Below, in pieces: positions 60,555-64,000 of a DNA stretch of 64,000 nt. Made by a program: the position numbers and the translations under genes. The notes under the pieces are model-generated. The model was not told the origin of the DNA, ran no database searches, and was given only the letters and a program-made list of their open reading frames with translations. The first letter of the stretch is position 1. Each line of letters opens with the position of its first letter. This DNA is from Candidatus Humicultor tengchongensis (GTDB lineage Bacteria; Sysuimicrobiota; Sysuimicrobiia; Sysuimicrobiales; Humicultoraceae), in the NCBI GenBank assembly GCA_031459715.1, contig JAVKIA010000008.1, forward strand, positions 5,186 through 69,185, in the 5' to 3' direction.

Positions 60555-61427
60555 ATGGCCGAGCTGCCGCTGGTCGATACCGTCCTGGCCGTAGAGCGGC
60601 TCACCCTGGCCTTTGCCGGGCTGGTGGCCGTCGACGGGCTCTCCTTCTCCCTGCGCGCCGGGGAGCTGCTGGGCATCATCGGGCCCAACGGCGCGGGCAA
60701 GACCAGCGTCCTCAACTGCATCAACGGCTTCTACCACCCCCGCAGCGGGCGCATCATCTTCGCCGGGCGGGAAATCACCGGGCTGCCGCCACACCTGCGG
60801 GCCCGCCTGGGCATCGGCCGCACCTTCCAGAACATTGCCCTCTACCCGGCGCTGAGCGCACTGGCCAACATCACCTCCGGGCGGCTGATCCACATGCGTA
60901 GCGGCGTCGTGGCCAGCGGCATCTACTGGGGTCCGGCGCAGCGGGAGCTGCTGCGGCACCGTGCCCGGGTGGAGGAGATCATCGACTTCCTGGAGATCGA
61001 GGCGTTCCGCCACCACCGCGTCGCCGAGCTGCCCTACGGCATCCAGAAGAAGGTAGAGCTGGGCCGGGCCCTGGCCATGGAACCTGCACTGCTCCTGCTG
61101 GACGAGCCCATGGCCGGGATGAGCGCCGAGGAGAAGGCGGACATGGCCCGCTACATCCTGGAGCTGCGCGAGGTGCGCGGGCTGCCCATGATCCTCATCG
61201 AGCACGACATGGGCGTGATCATGGACCTGTGCGACCGGCTGATCTGCATGGACTACGGCAAGAAGATCGCCGAGGGGCCGCCGCAGGAGATCCAGCATCA
61301 CCCCGACGTGATCCGCGCCTACCTGGGCGAGGAGCACGCGGTGGCAAACGGGGGCGGGCCGGAGGAGGCCGCACCGGGCGGAACCGGCCGGGCAGGACCT
61401 TTTCCCCGCGGAAGGAGCGGAACGTGA
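60555..61427 (+). CDS. livG: Branched-chain amino acid-type ABC transporter ATP-binding protein (LivG-like)
   Basis: GIIGPNGAGKTSVLNCINGFY (Walker A), LPYGIQKKVELGRAL (signature) and LLLLDEPMAGM (Walker B). Confidence 0.88.
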   Translation: MAELPLVDTVLAVERLTLAFAGLVAVDGLSFSLRAGELLGIIGPNGAGKTSVLNCINGFYHPRSGRIIFAGREITGLPPHLRARLGIGRTFQNIALYPALSALANITSGRLIHMRSGVVASGIYWGPAQRELLRHRARVEEIIDFLEIEAFRHHRVAELPYGIQKKVELGRALAMEPALLLLDEPMAGMSAEEKADMARYILELREVRGLPMILIEHDMGVIMDLCDRLICMDYGKKIAEGPPQEIQHHPDVIRAYLGEEHAVANGGGPEEAAPGGTGRAGPFPRGRSGT

Positions 61428-63373
61428 CCGCCCGGGCCGTGGCCACGCCCACCCCTGCAGCGCCCGCGACCCTTGCGGCGGCGGACACCTTCCCCAAGCG
61501 TCTGCTGGCCAACGCGCAGCGGTTCGGCGGGCGCGTGGCCTTCCGGGAGAAGGAGTTCGGCATCTGGCGCCAGATCACGTGGCGGGAGTACCTGGAGCAC
61601 GCCCGGGCCGTGGCACTGGGGCTGGCCGCGCTGGGCCTGCGCCGCGGCGACGTGCTCATGCTCATCGGCGACAACCGTCCGGAGCTGTACTACATGGCCA
61701 TGGGGGCGCAGACCCTGGGAGCCGTCTCCTGCGGCATGTACCAGGACAGCCTGGCCGAGCAGCTGGCGGCGCTTATTGACTTCGCCGGCGCCCGCATGGT
61801 CTTCTGCGAGGACCAGGAGCAGACCGACAAGGTCCTGCAGGTGGAGGACCGGCTGCCCACTGTGAAGCGGATCGTCGTGGAGGACTGGCGCGGCATGTGG
61901 CGCTACCGCCACCCCAAGCTTGTCCCCTTCAGTCAGGTGGAGGAGCTGGGACGGGAGGCACACGCCCAAGACCCCGAGGCCTTCACCCGGCTGGTGGCTG
62001 CGACCCACGCCGAGGACGTGGCCATCCTCTGCCAGACCTCTGGCACCACCGCCATGCCCAAGCTGGCCATGCTTTCGCACCGCAACCTCCTCAGCCAGGC
62101 GGAAAACTTTCTGACGGTGGAACCGCACATCACCTCCAGCGACGAGTTCGTCAGCTACCTGCCCTTCGCCTGGATCGGCGAGCAGATGATCTCCTACAGC
62201 CTGCACCAGACCGTAGGCTTCACCGTCAACTTCCCCGAGGAACCGGAGACCGCGCAGCGGGACTTCCGGGAGATCGGCCCGCACTTCACCTTCGCTCCGG
62301 CCCGCATCTACGAGGGGATGCACACTATGGTCACGGTGCGCATCCTGGACGCGGGGCGTCTGCGGCAGGCCATCTACCGCGCGGCCATGCGCCTGGGCGT
62401 CCAGGCCGTAGAGCTGGAGGCGGCGGGGCGCCCCCTTCCGGCGTGGCTGCGCCTGCTGCGCGCCGTCTGCACCTGGACGGTCTACCGACCCATCCTGGAC
62501 AAGCTGGGGCTGGTGCGCATGCGCGTGGCCTGGAACGGCGGAGCCTCCCTGGGCCCCGACTACCACAAGTTTTTCCGCGCCCTGGGACTCAACCTGAAGC
62601 AGATCTACGGCCAGACGGAGATCGCCGGCATCTCCTGCGTGCACCGCGATGGCCAGGTGCGCTTCTGGACCATGGGCGCCCCCATCGCCAACACCGAGGT
62701 CCGCCTCTCGCCGCAGGGGGAGATCCTGGAGCGCAGCCCCTCGGTCTTCCTGGGCTATTACCGCAACCCCCAGGCCACGGCCGCAGCCCTGAAGGACGGC
62801 TGGCTCCACTCCGGCGACTACGGGACGCTGGACCCCTCCGGGGACATCATCCTCTTCGACCGCATGGGCGACGTCATCACCATGGCGGACGGCACCCGGG
62901 TGGCCCCGCGGGTGATCGAGGACATGCTCAAGTTCACCCCCTACATCAGCGAGGCCATGGTGGTGGGCGACGGGCAGCCCTACCTGGCGGCCATCCTCAA
63001 CATCGACATGCGCACCGTGGGCAAGTGGGCGGAAGACCGGGGCCTGGCCTTCACCGCCTACACCGACCTCTCCCAGAAGGCGGAGGTGCTGGAGCTGCTG
63101 CGCGGCCTGGTGCAGGAGACCAACCTCCGCCTGCAGCCGGCCTGGCGCCTGCGGCGCTTCGTCTCCCTGTACAAGGAGTTCCACCCCGACGACGAGGAGC
63201 TGACCCGCACGCGCAAGCTGCGCCGGGGACATATCCAGCAGCGCTACCGCCACCTTATCACCGCCATCTATGCGGGCGCGGAGAGCTTCCAGGCGGTGGT
63301 CACCGTGCGCTACGAGGACGGGCGCACTGCGGAGCTGCGGCCGGTGATGCGCATCCTCTCGGTGGAGGCGTGA
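61424..63373 (+). CDS. AMP-dependent (long-chain) acyl-CoA synthetase
   Basis: GTG at 61424 overlaps the livG stop (GTGA), 6 nt after GGAAGGAG. ILCQTSGTTAMPKLAMLSH (AMP-binding motif), YGQTE and SGDYGTLD are present. The track's start at 61229 is rejected. Confidence 0.85.
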   Translation: MTARAVATPTPAAPATLAAADTFPKRLLANAQRFGGRVAFREKEFGIWRQITWREYLEHARAVALGLAALGLRRGDVLMLIGDNRPELYYMAMGAQTLGAVSCGMYQDSLAEQLAALIDFAGARMVFCEDQEQTDKVLQVEDRLPTVKRIVVEDWRGMWRYRHPKLVPFSQVEELGREAHAQDPEAFTRLVAATHAEDVAILCQTSGTTAMPKLAMLSHRNLLSQAENFLTVEPHITSSDEFVSYLPFAWIGEQMISYSLHQTVGFTVNFPEEPETAQRDFREIGPHFTFAPARIYEGMHTMVTVRILDAGRLRQAIYRAAMRLGVQAVELEAAGRPLPAWLRLLRAVCTWTVYRPILDKLGLVRMRVAWNGGASLGPDYHKFFRALGLNLKQIYGQTEIAGISCVHRDGQVRFWTMGAPIANTEVRLSPQGEILERSPSVFLGYYRNPQATAAALKDGWLHSGDYGTLDPSGDIILFDRMGDVITMADGTRVAPRVIEDMLKFTPYISEAMVVGDGQPYLAAILNIDMRTVGKWAEDRGLAFTAYTDLSQKAEVLELLRGLVQETNLRLQPAWRLRRFVSLYKEFHPDDEELTRTRKLRRGHIQQRYRHLITAIYAGAESFQAVVTVRYEDGRTAELRPVMRILSVEA

Positions 63374-64000
63374 GCGGGACCTTCGTCCTGGAGGGGGCGG
63401 CGGTGGGCCTGGCCGTGGGCTCCATCTACGCCCTCATCGCCCTGGGGTTTGCCCTGGTTTACAAGTCCACCAAGATCCTCAACCTGGCCCACGGGGAGCT
63501 GGTCCTCTTCGGCGGGTACCTGGCCATCGCCCTCACCCGCAGCCTGGCCCTGCCTGCGCTGCCGGCTTTCCTCCTGGCGCTGGCGGCCACCCTGCTGGCA
63601 TCGGCCGCCCTGGGGGTGGCCGTGGAGCGGACGGTCATGCGGCCGCTGTTCGGGCAGCCCCTCCTCTCGGTGATCATCGTCACCCTGGCCCTGGGGTACA
63701 TCATCCGCGGGCTGATGGTGGGCATCTGGGGGGGCGACACCCGCCAGTTCCCCCCGGTGCTGCCCGCCGACGCTCTGCGTCTGGGGGACCTGGCCGTTCC
63801 CCGTGTGGGCGTGGTCAGCGCTGCAGCGGCGCTGCTGCTGCTGGTGCTCTTCTCCCTTTTCTTCCGCTACTCCCTGTGGGGCATCGCCATGCGCGCCGCG
63901 GCCAACGAGCAGCTCACCGCCTCCACGCTGGGGGTGAGCCTGCGACGGGTGTTTGCCACCGCCTGGGCCTTCGCCGCCGTGGCCGGCGCTGTGGGCGGTA
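63370..64000 (+). CDS. livH: Branched-chain amino acid-type ABC permease (LivH-like), 5' part (continues beyond the window)
   Basis: Hand translation. GTG overlaps the upstream stop (GTGA). VSGTFVLEGAAVGLAVGSIYALIALGFALVYKSTKILNLAHGELVLFGGYLA... is a typical LivH N-terminus. Confidence 0.8.
   Translation, partial: MSGTFVLEGAAVGLAVGSIYALIALGFALVYKSTKILNLAHGELVLFGGYLAIALTRSLALPALPAFLLALAATLLASAALGVAVERTVMRPLFGQPLLSVIIVTLALGYIIRGLMVGIWGGDTRQFPPVLPADALRLGDLAVPRVGVVSAAAALLLLVLFSLFFRYSLWGIAMRAAANEQLTASTLGVSLRRVFATAWAFAAVAGAVGG

Noticed and set aside
1-64000. Search for CRISPR arrays, rRNA or tRNA genes, IS elements, transposases and integrases.
   Set aside because: No regularly spaced repeats, no rRNA- or tRNA-like conserved blocks, and no DDE, serine or tyrosine recombinase motifs were seen in any frame.

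Overview
High-GC window (about 70% by eye, not computed), with almost everything coded on the minus strand. Many long ORFs in the six-frame track are Arg/Gly/Pro/Ala-rich shadow frames and were discarded. About 44 kb (1-44600) is one large type IV pilus (T4P) supercluster of the monoderm type. It holds pilM-pilN-pilO, two PilB-type ATPases, pilT, pilC, two tandem major-pilin paralogs and three separate minor-pilin sets. No secretin and no prepilin peptidase lie in the window. Interleaved with the pilus genes are many envelope and protein-glycosylation genes: five GT-C membrane glycosyltransferases, two GT2 polyprenol-phosphate-sugar synthase-like genes, a Wzy_C/O-antigen-ligase-like gene and GtrA. 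Also interleaved are a MoxR / DUF58 / transglutaminase triad split by a plus-strand insert (MntA-HepT toxin-antitoxin pair plus a coiled-coil NYN nuclease) and a divergent DnaB-family helicase with a MerR regulator at the head of the pilB-pilT-pilC-pilA string. The most striking theme is multi-layer cyclic-di-GMP wiring. Two GEMM-I riboswitches share a 41-nt core. One sits in front of a SigB/F-type sigma factor plus a Roadblock/LC7 gene, the other in front of an operon of orphan solute-binding proteins. GGDEF proteins lie right after pilO, one of them catalytically degenerate but retaining an RxxD I-site. Both PilB paralogs carry tandem MshEN-type c-di-GMP-binding motifs. The right third (about 49.6-64 kb) is housekeeping with Firmicutes-like synteny: SLT transglycosylase, yqeG, mltG, DUF1292, ruvX, alaS behind a T-box leader, a class III aminotransferase, NUDIX, yqeY and rpsU. 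It ends with PaaK-like and acyl-CoA ligases and liv-type ABC transporter genes. No rRNA, tRNA, CRISPR array, transposase or integrase was seen.
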